63,619 nucleotides of DNA, filler included, from Choristocarpus tenellus KU-1152 (GCA_964200185.2; 10 parts of 10 records of this genome joined end to end with filler, not necessarily neighbours in it); one strand, 5' to 3'. Positions 38,901-52,024 are shown, counted from the first letter of the whole stretch. The notes: generated by a model from the letters alone, not told the origin. Numbers and translations are program-made.

Positions 38901-39849
38901 ACTCTCCCATTTTTGACATCACCATCGTCCCCTCCTCTCCTCAACGACGTCCTCCGCCGTCTCCACTACTAGATTATCGAGAAGGACTCGTCTCTATGCG
39001 CTTATCTCACCACCTGGGATGATAAATACCAGGATGTACTCAACCGGGTCAACCTCCACCAGGTCCACAGCGGGCAGGACTGTGATGGCGGCGGCGCAGA
39101 AGTGGAGAGATCTTTTGGATCAGCATCAAATGACCGTGAGAAAGAAGACGAGGGAGGGGACAAAGACGTCGGAGGGAACGAAGACGTTGGAGGGAACGGA
39201 CTGCCAGACAGGGAGGATGCGGGCGAAGGGGGTTCTGTCGGCAGTGTTCCTGGTGCTGCGGAAGAAATGCAAAACGAAGAGGGAGGGTGGAATGCGGGCA
39301 TTTGCTGTACTGAATGCAGTCCTCCACCCACGTCTCGGTGAGTAATGTAGTTGTAACGGTGCACGTGTAGAGCGGAGTGTAATTAATAGCGTAAGATTGG
39401 TTTCCGTGCAATCCCCCGAATGGATAGATACGTTGTATCTTTTCAGCGGTGCACGCCATTGAACCGGTGGAATGTTGCGGGGTCCCTCTGTGTGCAGTGC
39501 TGCAGTTGCTACCCCCACGTCTCTTTATTTGCCACTGTCCGATTGTATGTTAAAGCATGTACATCACCGACTGTTGTTTCTCACCTGTACTACTTCATGC
39601 TGTTTTGCATCGTCAATTTCGTGGTCCTTCATAACCGTGGATCCCCACGTTGCGTTGTTGCGCCCAATTAATGATTTCGAAAAATACTATCCTGTCTGTT
39701 TAACGCTCTCGTTCGATGACACATGTGACAGGTATACATGCCCGCAGTGCTCTATCACGCATATGGGCGAATGTGCCTACGTGGAGATTGTAGGCAACGA
39801 GAGGCACAAGGATCGATTATGTATCAATTGCCCCATGGCACAGGAGTGA
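35925..39849 (+). CDS. 7-exon gene (~565 aa): ParB/Srx-like domain + HTH-like segment + acidic linker + Cys-rich PHD-like finger; exons 35925-36360, 36678-36820, 37174-37388, 37707-37844, 37950-38232, 38973-39337, 39732-39849
   Basis: VRPLSERGLARVEKSIKEKGW...PTVV...RVLDGNHRVTVLKR (DGNHR at 36249-36263); SIADIHKMYQKVGVTPPSKTTLRKW; C-terminal CCTEC..SRYTCPQC..H..EC...RLCINC. Exons sum to 1698 nt in frame. Intron 3 uses a GC donor (AG|GCAAGT). The exon 5 acceptor is uncertain. Confidence 0.7.
38471..38733 (-). mobile_element. MITE family A, full copy in intron 5 of the ParB-like gene, TSD TTCT
   Basis: Reverse-oriented copy gagtgaaagtatcttagagggta...agatactttggctc, flanked by ttct. Partial family-A copies at 19372-19432, 40150-40208, 44134-44327 and 57737-57922 sit at contig ends. 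Confidence 0.88.
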
Positions 39850-40308
39850 GGTGAAGGATCTGGATCGGTGGGGAACGAAGCGGCGGGTCGGGGCAGGGGC
39901 AAGGGCAAGGGCAAGGCTCGCGCAAGGAGCGCGGGCGGGTCACCCACAACGCAAATCCTTTTACGTCCCCCCTCACGCAGCAAAACGGCCGACATGGAGA
40001 AGTGCATGTGGGTCTCGGCGTGGTTGCACATTATGCAGACACACAAGTCGTCTCTGCGGGTTTGTTTTCGCGTTGGTTTGCACATAGGTCTTGGCTGCTT
40101 GTACATCATGTGGATTGCTCGTCCTTTGTACCTTGGATGTGTCGCTTGAAAGCCAAAGTATCTTAGAGGGTAGAGCCGCGTCCATTTGGGGGGCCAAAAT
40201 CCAATGTTNNNNNNNNNNNNNNNNNNNNNNNNNNNNNNNNNNNNNNNNNNNNTTAATTAATTAANNNNNNNNNNNNNNNNNNNNNNNNNNNNNNNNNNNN
40301 NNNNNNNN

Positions 40309-41230
40309 AGGGGAAACTTGAGGCAAAGGTCTCCCCCCTGATCCAGGAGAGGGTAGTTCATCGCTGGACCTTTCTAGAGTGGCACTGGCAGGACTGGAAG
40401 TGGGACCTCCTGAATCAGACCCCACGACTTTAGCTTCAGTAGCCGCTGGAGATCTGCCTTGGTTCTCCCCCCCTCCAACAAGGTCGATGGTACTCCCAGT
40501 AGGCCTCGATTTCTCCTGTTCCTCCTACAACAGGTGGCACAGCTTCTGCCAGCAGTCCGTCTCCTGCTCCCCAGAACGTAATTTTCCTCCAGGAAAAGAC
40601 TGGGAAGCAAGAAAAGTGTTGGATGTGTCTATGTTAAGATACTCGCCATTGAGCATTGTGATTATGGATTTCAGGTGTGTAACCTACGAAATGAAATGCA
40701 ATACAGCAAGAGCTCAGGCAACATCTACTTTCATACTCACGTCAGTCAGAGGAGGATGTACACGTTGGTGACAATCTTCTGCGCCTTAGTCCACCTGGAC
40801 CATATCGAAGTGTTCGCACTTAAGAATTTCTTCGGAATGGTCTTCTTCACGGTCCCCAGTGTTGTCTGCTCCAACACTTCATTCGTAAAGAGTCGGGGGG
40901 GTCAAGTCTGGGGCTTCCTCTCCTAACCACTTCAAGAATCCAGGGACCGCCACTTCCATGTATGATTGCGTTGACAAGGCAAGTCTCGAATTCCGTGAAA
41001 CTGTGCTTCTGCATTCCTTCACGGACCTCGCCGCATAGGCGATGGGAACCGCACGTTTTCTTCAGTCTCTTTAGTACCCATGACACTCAGCATTCAGCTC
41101 GAAGTCTATGGCCATGACCGCATCCTGATAAGCCATGATTTGGTGTTCCAAGAATCTTGTATCGGTATAGATTTTCGAGGGTTAGACGTTACGGTGGAGT
41201 GGTGTGATGGTGGCATTGGGAGGTCTCGTA
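40309..41230 (-). pseudogene. Degraded ORF of a probable TE, downstream of the minisatellite-rich repeat at 41236-42650
   Basis: Coding-like pieces (SIWSRWTKAQKIVTNVY; SFPGGKLRSGEQETDCWQKLCHLL*EEQEK) are interrupted by stops and frameshifts. Confidence 0.3.
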
Positions 41231-42685
41231 TGGGAAAGTTTATGAAGTAATCTGAGTTTTGTGGGCGGAAGAATTCTGGTTGGTTGGGGGCACAGGGCAA
41301 GGAAGGGGACAGTAAATAAATATAAGTATTAAGGAGGGAACGAAGAGTTAAGATTGAGTGGTTAAGAAAATAGGTGGCAGACGGAGGTACAAGGGGAGAA
41401 GGAACGACCAGTATTGAATCGAATGAGGAAACCTGAGGCTGGGGGACAAGACGAGGAAGGCTAGATCAAGAGGACCCCCGAGCAAGCTTTCGTCGGAATG
41501 GATGAAGGAAGAACTCGAACAATCTTCCCGACAGTTGAAAGAGGGAAGGGTCATGTGGAAAAGGCGGGGAGTCACGAGGACAAGATATACAAATGATAAG
41601 GAATAGCTCACAAGGTAAGGGGGGTGATGACAGTGACGATGAAAAACATCGTGGATAATTGTTGGGCAGGAATAGGACATGTGTATTAAGTGAGAGATTC
41701 AGACACTATCGAAGGGGTACCTGGGGAAATCCATAGAAGAAGAAAGTGCGAAGGACGGACCATGATGTTATTGATGTTATGGCGGAGTAAAACAGAATAA
41801 ACGCGTAAATGACGAATTGGGCCGATCCCGACGGTAATGGTCGTGGCAGAGAGGGGCTCGGTGTGGGTTTTTGATGGGTCTGGCAGAGAGTAGTAAGGGT
41901 GGGTTCAACCAGGGCGGGACTTGAAGTTTGATCTAGAAGAAATCGACCCCGAAGGGGAGGGGAGGTCAAGTTCGGGCAGGGTAGATGTCTTCTAGCTCAA
42001 AGGCACGGTATGAAGGGGATGATGAAGGGGGGTTCTTGGATGATTACAATCATGTTGAGTGGTGTTGAGTGGTGTTGAGTGGTGTTGAATGGTGTTGAAT
42101 GGTGTTGAATGGTGTTGTGGAGTGGTAAGTGGGGTGGGGTTGACTGGAGTGGTAACTGGTGTGGGGTTGACTGAAGTGGTAACTGGTGTGGGGTTGAGTG
42201 GGGTTGAAAGGGGTGGTAGAGACCGGAAATCAGTGGCGAAAGGGGTCGCACTGGTTGGTCATCAGATGTGGGGTGACTGGAAATCAGGGGCGAAGGGGGT
42301 TCACCCTGGTTGGTCATCAGATGTGGGGGTGACTGGAAATCAGTGGCGAAGAGGTCGCACTGGTTGGTCATCAGATGTAGGGTGACTGGAAATCAGTGGC
42401 GAAGAGGTCGCACTGGTTGGTCACAAGGGTTATTAGAATACAGGGAGAAAAGGGAATAGGGAGGAATACAAATAATGTAGAATCAAATAATAGTAATAAT
42501 AGTTTTCATTGGCTTCCCCCTGACACATCTGCAAAATGTCAGAGGGCATCATAATAAAATAGTAATAATCCAGAATTCGTGAGCAAAACAAGGTACAATA
42601 CAAGGCATCGGTATAATCGAAATGAAATCTACTGTATAACCTCTTCGTCACATTTTCCCATTTCTCTTTTTCCCGTTCACTTTAC

Positions 42686-42751
42686 CCCAGTCAATTTTGG
42701 GTCAAGCCCATCCTCAATGAAAAGCTCCATCCTCAATTTTTGAAATCGGCT
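42686..42751 (+). repeat. Dispersed repeat end (cccagtcaattttgggtcaagcccatcctcaat...aatttttgaaatcggct); also at 35715-35764, 63447-63478 (rc), 63545-63600
   Basis: Near-identical copies are visible; probably a TE terminus. Confidence 0.75.
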
Positions 42752-43073
42752 TTTAATTGTTGTGTTTACTTGAGTCCAATCCATCAGCTCCTACACCTCC
42801 TGTGCAGTTACACCGATGAATCCCACTTCCCTTTAACTCTCTGCATTAACCACTCGCTTGTGCCCTGACTGATATCGGTAAATTCATTTTTGGCGACATC
42901 GTCTTCTATTAAATAGAGCACATGGTCCCCTGATCCGTCAGCACACATACTAACTACGTTGAAAGATAGAACCCAGTCTCGAGTTCCAACTCTCCAATTC
43001 AATTTTGAAGGGTATGGGTAGGGTAGGGTAGGGAGGAATTGATTGGTGGCATTTCTTATTCAGCGGAAGTTGG

Positions 43074-43299
43074 GATTAGGCGGGTCCCGCTTATGGTTCT
43101 ATTTCAAAGCCTTAGAGTTACGTTTTAGTTAAGGTGAGTGAATGAAAGATGTTAGGTGATTATCAAAACTCTAGATTTATTTCTGTGATTAGGCGGGTCC
43201 CGCCTATGGTTCTATTTCAAAGCCTTAAAATTACGGTTTAGTTAAGGTGAGTGAATGAAAGATGTTAGGTGATTATTATATAATTCTAGATTTATTTCT
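43074..43299. repeat. Two tandem ~113-bp units, each starting with the palindrome TAGGCGGG-T-CCCGC(C/T)TA
   Basis: Units start at 43074 and 43187. Confidence 0.9.
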
Positions 43300-45096
43300 T
43301 CAACGCTCTAGACGCACCAAGAATTTTCATACATCTAACTTGTGAAAACGCCTTATTTTTCATATTTTATATTGTCGATGGAGTGTGGAATGTATTCGAA
43401 AAATAAAAAACACTTAAACTAGTAATATAAAGACTTGCATCTGAAAATATAAAAATATGTTTAAGATTTTATAGTAAAATTGTTTCAAAATGATTTTAGA
43501 TTCTATCGATAATTCGACTTCGGAATTCTTAATGTGTACATTTATTGAAGTGTATTACTAATCAACAAAAAGACAAAGGACGAAAAAACTTTCAAAATAT
43601 TGCCGACACCTCACAACTTGCCACCACAAAATTCATTGGAACAATTGAAATTTCAAGAAACTTGCCATAAAGAATTGCCACAAGACTAACTATTGTAGGA
43701 AGTAAAAACATGACGTAGCGACCACAACCTGGCTTCACCACTCCACATCTCTCCATACTCCAGACTGCAGAGTGATACATCAAACCGTGTAGCCTAAGGT
43801 TACGAACTAATTTTTCCTGGAAAGACCAACACAAGATCTCATTCCTCAAGCTTACTCTTCAATGGAGGGGAAACAGCAATTGGGATATATCGAGTCGACA
43901 TTTGTGCTGGATCTGGATGGTCCTCAGATGCAGGTTCGGTATCTTGAGTCGAGGTTTGAGATCTGAGAAACAAATGGAAAACTAAAGCACCACCCACCAA
44001 TATTCCCCGACAAGATTAACTCCAACCTGTCTTNNNNNNNNNNNNNNNNNNNNNNNNNNNNNNNNNNNNNNNNNNNNTTAATTAATTAANNNNNNNNNNN
44101 NNNNNNNNNNNNNNNNNNNNNNNNNNNNNNNNNGATGTAATTTTGGTCATCGTATTTATTAGGAAGTGTCAATAGCCATGTTCTGGACACACCTTTTAAT
44201 AATGTATATATTTTACCTACTCCAAAACACTTTGGAGAAGGCAAATGTCATTTTTAAAAAACATGGGAAGCCAAGCCCCAAATGAACAAACAGGGCAAAA
44301 CTCGTACCCTCTAAAATACTTTCATTCAACAGCACCATTCTAAGCGCCCATTTTGAATAGTAGTGCATTGCCTCCCCCCACATTTCCTGGGTGTGCGGCC
44401 ACTCCTTTCAACAACCATCATCGCAACCCTCCTGAGACACAAAATATGTCCTAGGCACTTGTGTAAGAAGCTAAAGTTTTGGTTATTTGGCACAGTATGG
44501 CATGACGAAAAAAGAAGAAAGGTATTGATTTTCAGGGATTCTTCACACCACAACTAGGAACTCAACTCTGGACATTTGAAGTTTTTGGAGCACTTTCAGG
44601 AAGAAAAGAAAATAAAGTTGGGAGTTTCGGAAGTGGTGTTGCTATGAACGAAGAGTTGAATAGATCAAAAGGTCGAGTTTGGAAGGACTCTAAGTGCATT
44701 GTGCTTGCATAAAATGAAGAACTACAACCGGAGAAGATTGTTTCAAGTTTGTATCCCACAATGGTCCTGAAATCTCACCTTTGTTTACATGCAATCAGTT
44801 TTGTGTCTATTTGATCAGATCACGCAAGATAATTACAGCACCAGATTCCCTCAGAAATTGAACACGAATAGACGTAGCTGTGAGTGATCACAGATGTACC
44901 CAAACATTTCTCTCTCGTGCAACTTTACAGTGTGCTGTAACGTTATGTTGATTACGTTACCCCCCTCCCCCCCGACTAGCATACAGGCACCTGTGTACGC
45001 ATGATATGTTACACCAAGAACACTGAGTGCATAGTCACAGAGAAACGTAATGAATTGAACAACCCATCCCCTCCTTTAACAAAGTTGCATTCTCAC

Positions 45097-45492
45097 ATCG
45101 GGCCTTGCTGTTTTCACAGCCACATGCGTTACACCCATGCGTGCCTTGACCCGTGCGATCCTGATGACCCCAAACCCCCCACCCCCAATCTCCTGTGCAC
45201 TCTCAAGAGCAGAGGCGTGGTTTAGTATTTGGAGATCCGCTGCTCCTAGGTGCACGCATCGGTGCACCTTCATCAAGTCCTCCATCAGTGAGGCTGGGTC
45301 ATCCACACTCTCCACATCAGTATCATCGGTGAACGATGTGTTTTCACCCTGTGAGGAGGAGCCACCACTCTGGACATGGCCGAGAAGGAGTACACTCCTG
45401 GGGGGAGGGGCTCTCTCCCTCCGCACCAAGATCAGCAGCACCGTAGTGGTTAAACCATGGATGGTGGCCACAAACAGAGGCCAGTGGAGTAT
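45097..45492 (-). CDS. Exon encoding the start of a protein kinase domain (subdomains I-II)
   Basis: EIGGGGFGVIRIARVKARMGVTHVAVKTARPD gives the Gly-rich loop and VAVK. Bounded by ctttctag and gtgaga. No downstream HRD/DFG exons were found before the gap at 44034. Confidence 0.65.
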
Positions 45493-48400
45493 CTAGAAAG
45501 ATTCAACAGCGCAAGCACCAGGACAATGTGGCGGGGAGAGGGTGAGTCCTCCAGGCATGCGATGCATCGGTTGGTGAAACCCTCAGCACATCACATTAAC
45601 AAGAGAGCAGCTGTTGTGCAGTCTCTGGGCTTTCGACTTTCTGTGATCAACATGGAATACCTCATCACGACCGTTCGGTAATGCTGTGAAGAGTGATAGG
45701 GGGTAAATAGTCACCTCAGCATTGTGGTGCTGTACGTGCAGAGCTCTGGGTAGAGCATTACGGGCAGCACTGCCTGAGTATGCCGCAGCATACGCAAACT
45801 ACGCTGAGCCAAAACGGATCTATGCCGCAGCTCTTATCAAGGACTGATTCAATTCCTCCACCTTGGGAATCTATCGCACACAAAAGAACGGCAGGTACCA
45901 CTGAATTTGCAGCGAACTTTCTTGGTCTGATTATGTAAGAGGGAGTACATAGATCAATAAATTGAACCTCTACGAAGTACTTGAGGTACTAAGAACTAGA
46001 TGTATAAAAAAACGGAGGTGCGAAGAAATGGAGGTATTAAGAAATGGAGGTATGAAGAAATGGAGGTATTAAGAAACGGAGGTACGAAGAAATGGAGGTA
46101 CGAAGTACGGAGCAGAGGGACGAAGGAATACAATTCCAACACCTCATTTCAGTCTCCGAAGCTATGCTCTCACGCACGGATGGAAAGGAGCAGTGAAAGT
46201 CTCGCACAACACAGACAGTTAAGATTTCCTTAGATTTCGAGGCCCTCAAATCAAGGGGGATCTTGACAGGTGGACATGCGTGTGGCTGAAGTGAACTATT
46301 GCTGTCAAACGAAGGTGGGGAATATTTGCAACTCCCAGCTGCCAGCTGTACAGCGCGGCATCGCCTCGTCCTGAGTCCTTGCCTGTTCTTGAAGGCCAGC
46401 TCCCTCCAGTATCATAACGGCGCCGTCGAACGTCGATTTTGCCTCCATCAGGGAATGCACGGCTGCCACTCGCGTCAACTCCAAAATCAAACACCATAAG
46501 GCGAAACAGGGCTCGAACATCCTCCCAAGAGGAAACCCTCTGTCTCCTGGAAAGGTATTGAGGTGCAGGGCATGGTTGGTTGCCGCCAATCGTGACCTCG
46601 ACTATAATATACATACGCGAGATTCGCAACAAGCAACCTAGGATATGGGTAAGGCATCATCCACTCCTAGGCCCAGTTGGTTGCTTGGCCCCAAACTTGG
46701 GTTGTTTGCTCTTCCACGCCTCCTCAAGCGTTTCAACTCAACGTCACACGGAAAGAAACCTACTACCGAATGAAATGAGATGAGAGCTCCAAACATGCTT
46801 TCAACTGCAACCTGTTGCTGTTGTCGCCACAACGCGCACGTACGACATGGTAACATGCCGTAAATTGTGAACGAACAATTTATACATGCCTGCAAATACA
46901 CTACACTTGAGGCTCCCAAACGTACGGGTGGCATGAACTCTGAGGTAAACGCCGGACAGGGTCGAGGTTCCGAGGCCCTCTCCTCAAAGGTTAGCTTAGC
47001 AGCTGGGGCAGGAGTCATTATGTAGAAGCCCATTGGTTGAGCCGAACACGAGTCAAGACGTTCAAGGGTGAGTTGAGATCGTGGAACCCACCTCTCTTCC
47101 TGTTCAGGAAGGTCCGGACTCGGCAGAATCGAAGCTGCATCTATACCTTGAACTCTGAAGCTCTGAAAGTCTTTCGTCTTTCCTTCATCGAGATCTTTCT
47201 CGTGTTGTTAGCAAGGTGTGAAAGACTGTTGTGTGTAGGGGGGGTTGGCCCGCAATAAAATGATTCGATTGAAGACACGAAATTTATTATTATGTAGGCC
47301 ATTCATTATTTATATTTTCTTAGGTCATTCATTATTCATCTTGGAAATTTCCTCACCACCATAAAGCAAGGTCTGAAGGACGGTACGCTATTTGACACGA
47401 ATGGGAAACGCATGCAATTTAATCTATACCGTCAACTTTGACATATTATACAATACTTTCACTGTCATCTTCAGCGTGATTTGGCTCTTCCCTTCACCCA
47501 TGTACATAAATGTGAGAACCTAGATACATAAATATATATATATAGTGGTGTATATAAGTTTTGATCGTAAATAGATTTTTGTTTATAAATAGATAGTAGA
47601 AAATGTCTTCCACACTTCGGACAACTAGCGCTTGTTCTGATATTTTATTGGCTTTTCATTGGTTTTTCTCCGAACACGTCTACAAAATATCAACAAACCG
47701 AATATTGAAACCTTCAAAACACCTTCACAGACGTAGATCAGCCACTAACACCAAACTCCTTACATAATTCATACAATGGTTTTCTTTTTCTGAAGTTGAA
47801 ATATTTCTATATTCGACTTTATCATTCTTTGAGATAATTGGGAGTAGGTATTTTGGTATAGAAGAACCAAGAATGTCTATAATTGCAAGATGATAGGTTA
47901 GAATCCAGTAGACATTTCTCACATTTCTCACATTTCTCACATTTCTCACATTTCTCAATACTACTAGTATATGCATGTGAATGTCGTAGAACTACTATTT
48001 ATTCAGTTGATATACCAACAATTTATACGAGCCAAACCCAAATATATATATATATATATTTATTATTATGCCCTCTGACATTTTGCAGATGTNNNNNNNN
48101 NNNNNNNNNNNNNNNNNNNNNNNNNNNNNNNNNNNNTTAATTAATTAANNNNNNNNNNNNNNNNNNNNNNNNNNNNNNNNNNNNNNNNNNNNCTTACACA
48201 CCCCCCCCCCCCCCCCCCCCCAGATACTTTGACCCCGGGACCCACCTGCTTCAGAAAACGCGCCACTCGTGCCACAGGGAACTGGAGGCCAGCCCTGATC
48301 AGGAAGAGGTGCAGCAGAGTACTGTTGTCGGTTGTGTTCTAAGGTACGCACAAGGTGATTCCGTAAATCACGCGATACATGCTACATATCTAGAGAAACA

Positions 48401-50137
48401 TGGTAAGTATCGCCCTCAATGTTTCATCCAACATATATATCCAAAAGCTGACGATGCAAACAGTTGCAAGAACGAATATAGGGTGTCAGAAATCTAGGAT
48501 TGGTCAAGATCATTGCAAATCTTGAGACATTTTCGAGTCATGGAGAAGGTCATCGTCGCAAGGCGACGACGACGACGGCATTTGGTGTGGCAGACGCTGG
48601 ATTTCGTCACCCAGAGATCCACGGTATCAACACGAAACCTAATGCTTGCTCACTTGCTCGATTTGCTTGTAGCTCCCTTCCTTTTGCCTCGGCCTCCTCC
48701 TGCTCCTTTTCCTCCAGCTGTACGGTGCGTAGGCCTTCAGGGGGTGTGAGGTGCGGAAATGTTTCATACACAAAAATCTTAGTCTGCAACGGTACAAGTT
48801 CATACACCGACAGTGGACAAGTAACGGGAAAATATCATTCCACCGAGGTGCTTTCGAAATAATTTTAAGGACGAGTTGTTGTTCAACTCAAGAGTAGGGG
48901 TTGGTCAAGACATGGATGTGGAAATATGGTGTTAAATAAGATGTACACTTCGAAGGAAGGGGGAGGGGGGTGTTCAGTAAGGCCGGATAGCAAATAACAG
49001 ATTTATGAAGGGTCGTCGATAGTCTTAAGTTCCAAAGATAGATGCAATTCTTGACTAGACTCAGTTGAGTGTGGTGAGTAGTCAACTCTCATCCTGTTAT
49101 GTGTAGGTTTTAGGTAGGATACCTTAGAGCCGGGACCTTATCCGGGGAACGGACAGCTACAGCCAGGGTGTTGCTTCGTTGTATCGCAGGCTGAGAAGAC
49201 ATGGTGAAGACAGGGACGGGGGATCACTGGCGTAAACACTTACTCTTGCCTCTCCGCCCTACCACTCTGTACACCTCTCTCTGTTCTCCTTTTGTGTGTG
49301 TTTCAAAAAAACATGTTGGAAAATCATACCGATTTATTCTGGTTCTATCCCTTACACAATTGAAGGATACTTCTAAAGTGAATCCCTACCGATTTAATTT
49401 TCACCGATATCCACCAAAAAGTATTCCAGTTGGTTTAGGATATTTTATTTCCTTAGGGCTAACAACGACATATATATAGCTTTCATTGGTTTCCCCCCTG
49501 CACATCTGCAAAATGTCAGAGGGCATAATAATAAATAATTCCAGTTGGTTCTATACTATAATATATGTTGGCGACAAAGAGCAACAATAGGTCATTCCAA
49601 TCCTCCAATACATTCCTACCAACTTCCAACTTGGTGTATTTTGGATGTTCACTCAATATTATTATGCCCTTTCACACAAATGTATTAGGGAAAAAGTCAA
49701 AACCAGTATCAGAAAGATCTTTGTAAAAGGTAAAATTGTCATAAATGTGAAAGTTATCTCTCCAAAATCTTCTTACTGTTTGAGTACCAGCAATAATACT
49801 ACAACACTCCCGTAAACGCTTGTGATAACGATGTTATGTGTACACTGCTGCTATGCCTCCAACATAGCATAGCCCTACATAACTGGGCGAGGAGGTAGGG
49901 AAGCATCCCAAGAATCTGACAGGCCTCTCCTTGCCCATCTCCTTGTTTTCTCCAGTTTAAACCGCATGACACTTCTTGAGGGAGCCAGTTGTGTAGTGAC
50001 AAGACACTATCTGTCGTAAGCGGGATTTGACAACCCCTTTCCTGCAGGAACCTCCCACCCCTCTCCCCCCTAGTACATGTGTAGCCAACCTTCCATCACC
50101 GGAATGCCAAGGTTCAAACCCTGGCGGAGGCAATATT

Positions 50138-50317
50138 GACCCAGAGTATCTGGGAGAGGGGGGGGGGGGTCTACACAAGGGTGTTCATTTGGGTCAAAAT
50201 CAGGAAAAGTGCATTTACAGTAACTATCCGACGAATGCAACCAAATCACCCAAAAATCGCGACATGGAAAAACTGACCACCAATGGACAGCCGCCACCCC
50301 CTCAGATACTTTGAGCC
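50138..50317 (+). mobile_element. MITE family B, full copy, TSD ATT
   Basis: gacccagagtatctggga(g)n...cccctcagatactttgagcc, flanked by att. Partial copies at 1-23, 14557-14629, 48193-48235, 51187-51386, 58023-58047 and 63213-63335. Confidence 0.88.
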
Positions 50318-52024
50318 ATTTCCATCTAACAAAATGTGACTTGAATGGACCAAGTTGGAAGTTCATTAGGGAGGTACACCTGTACCTTGCTATCTTATGC
50401 TAAATCACAAAAAGGGACGTGGAAGATGTGGATCGTAATGGAAAATCATTATGGAGGGAGTAATTCCAAAGCACTCCCAGCAGCTTACCATGTTGGAATA
50501 TATAACTTTGATCCACAAGCCTTTAGCCTAATGATGAGGGTCGCAAATGGCGCCATAATGAAAACTTCATAAAATATGCTGAATCTCTCACTTTGATCAC
50601 TCACTTCATGATTTGATTAAGGAAAAAAAATGAGACATGATCATCAACTGGTCTCACACTGACTAAATATTAACTAAATACACGACATTATTAAGTCCAG
50701 ATCTTCAAGGTTATATTGCCATTTATGAAACCACGATAAAGGCCCATCGCCTACGACAAGGACGCAACAGATCCGAGAGAGGAGATGTGGTCATGAGCAG
50801 CAGGACTGCTGCACCTAATGCCGGAGAAAAATATCAAGTCATGCATGGGGCAATAGAGTTAGTTGCAGTGTAACAGTTAGTTTGTAGGGTGAAAATAATA
50901 GTGCATTGTACACTAGCATCTGAACACAAGGCAAACACTAGGCAGGGTGGGGGAAGGTGGATGAATTCCCCGAAATTAGCCGCATTAATTGGTGACTGGA
51001 AAACTGGTGGCGAAGATTGGTCGCAATGGTTGGTCATTGGATATGGCTGGTGACTGAAAATCGGTGGTGAACATTGGTTGCACTGGTTGGTCACTAGTGG
51101 TGTTGCAATGTTGGAGGAGGAGCAGAGTGGATGGAATGCTAAGACAAGGCAAATCAATAATCCAGAATTCATGAGCACAGTAGAAAGGATCAAAGTATCT
51201 GGAGGGGGGTGCCGGCGTCCGTTTTTTGACCCTGATCCAAGTATCTGGGGTGGGTGGCGGCTGTCGATTTGGGGTCAATCTTTTCATGTCGCGATATTTG
51301 GGTGATTTGGTTCCGTACGTTGGATGGATAATGAAAGTGCACTTTTCCTGGTTGAGGTCCAAATGGACACCCTGGTGTAGACCCCCNNNNNNNNNNNNNN
51401 NNNNNNNNNNNNNNNNNNNNNNNNNNNNNNTTAATTAATTAANNNNNNNNNNNNNNNNNNNNNNNNNNNNNNNNNNNNNNNNNNNNGAGCTATTTGAGCG
51501 AAACGGACATCCCTTCACAAACCACCCCCCCCCCCAAGATACTTTGACCGTTATACTATTGTTTTTCATGACATAGAAATCCACTCCCATCGCATTCATA
51601 TACATGTATTTATTTATTATTTTTGAATAAGAATAGAGATAATTGAATAGAGATTTGATTGAATAGATCAAGGATTATGGTATGGACAATCATAATAACA
51701 ATAAATATAATAATAAGAAGAAGAACAGCAAAGTAGTGGTATTAAATACAAGTACATGTTGAGTAACAAACTTTGAACAATGAACTATTGATACCTACAT
51801 ACCACTAATAATAAAACACATCGGCTCAAATCAAAAATCAAGATATATTATTATTGTACCAACCTATCAAGTTAAACAAAATAAGTAGAACCAAACTGTT
51901 CCACCAATCACCAACCTCACACTAAACAGAAATAAAGCACATATAAAAGTAAAAGTTAGGATTAGGTTTGGCCCATCCTAGAAGACAAAAGGGCCCAAAA
52001 AAGGCTCAAGTTACTGTTTCTCAC

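Noticed and set aside
42225-42425. CTGATGA in each ~46-bp unit (minus strand), suggesting hammerhead ribozymes or C/D boxes
   Set aside because: There is no stem II followed by GAAA and a cleavage triplet, and no terminal stem. It is a minisatellite within a dispersed repeat.
49095-49313. TG...CA-bounded segment resembling a solo LTR
   Set aside because: There is no matching target-site duplication and no second copy in the window.
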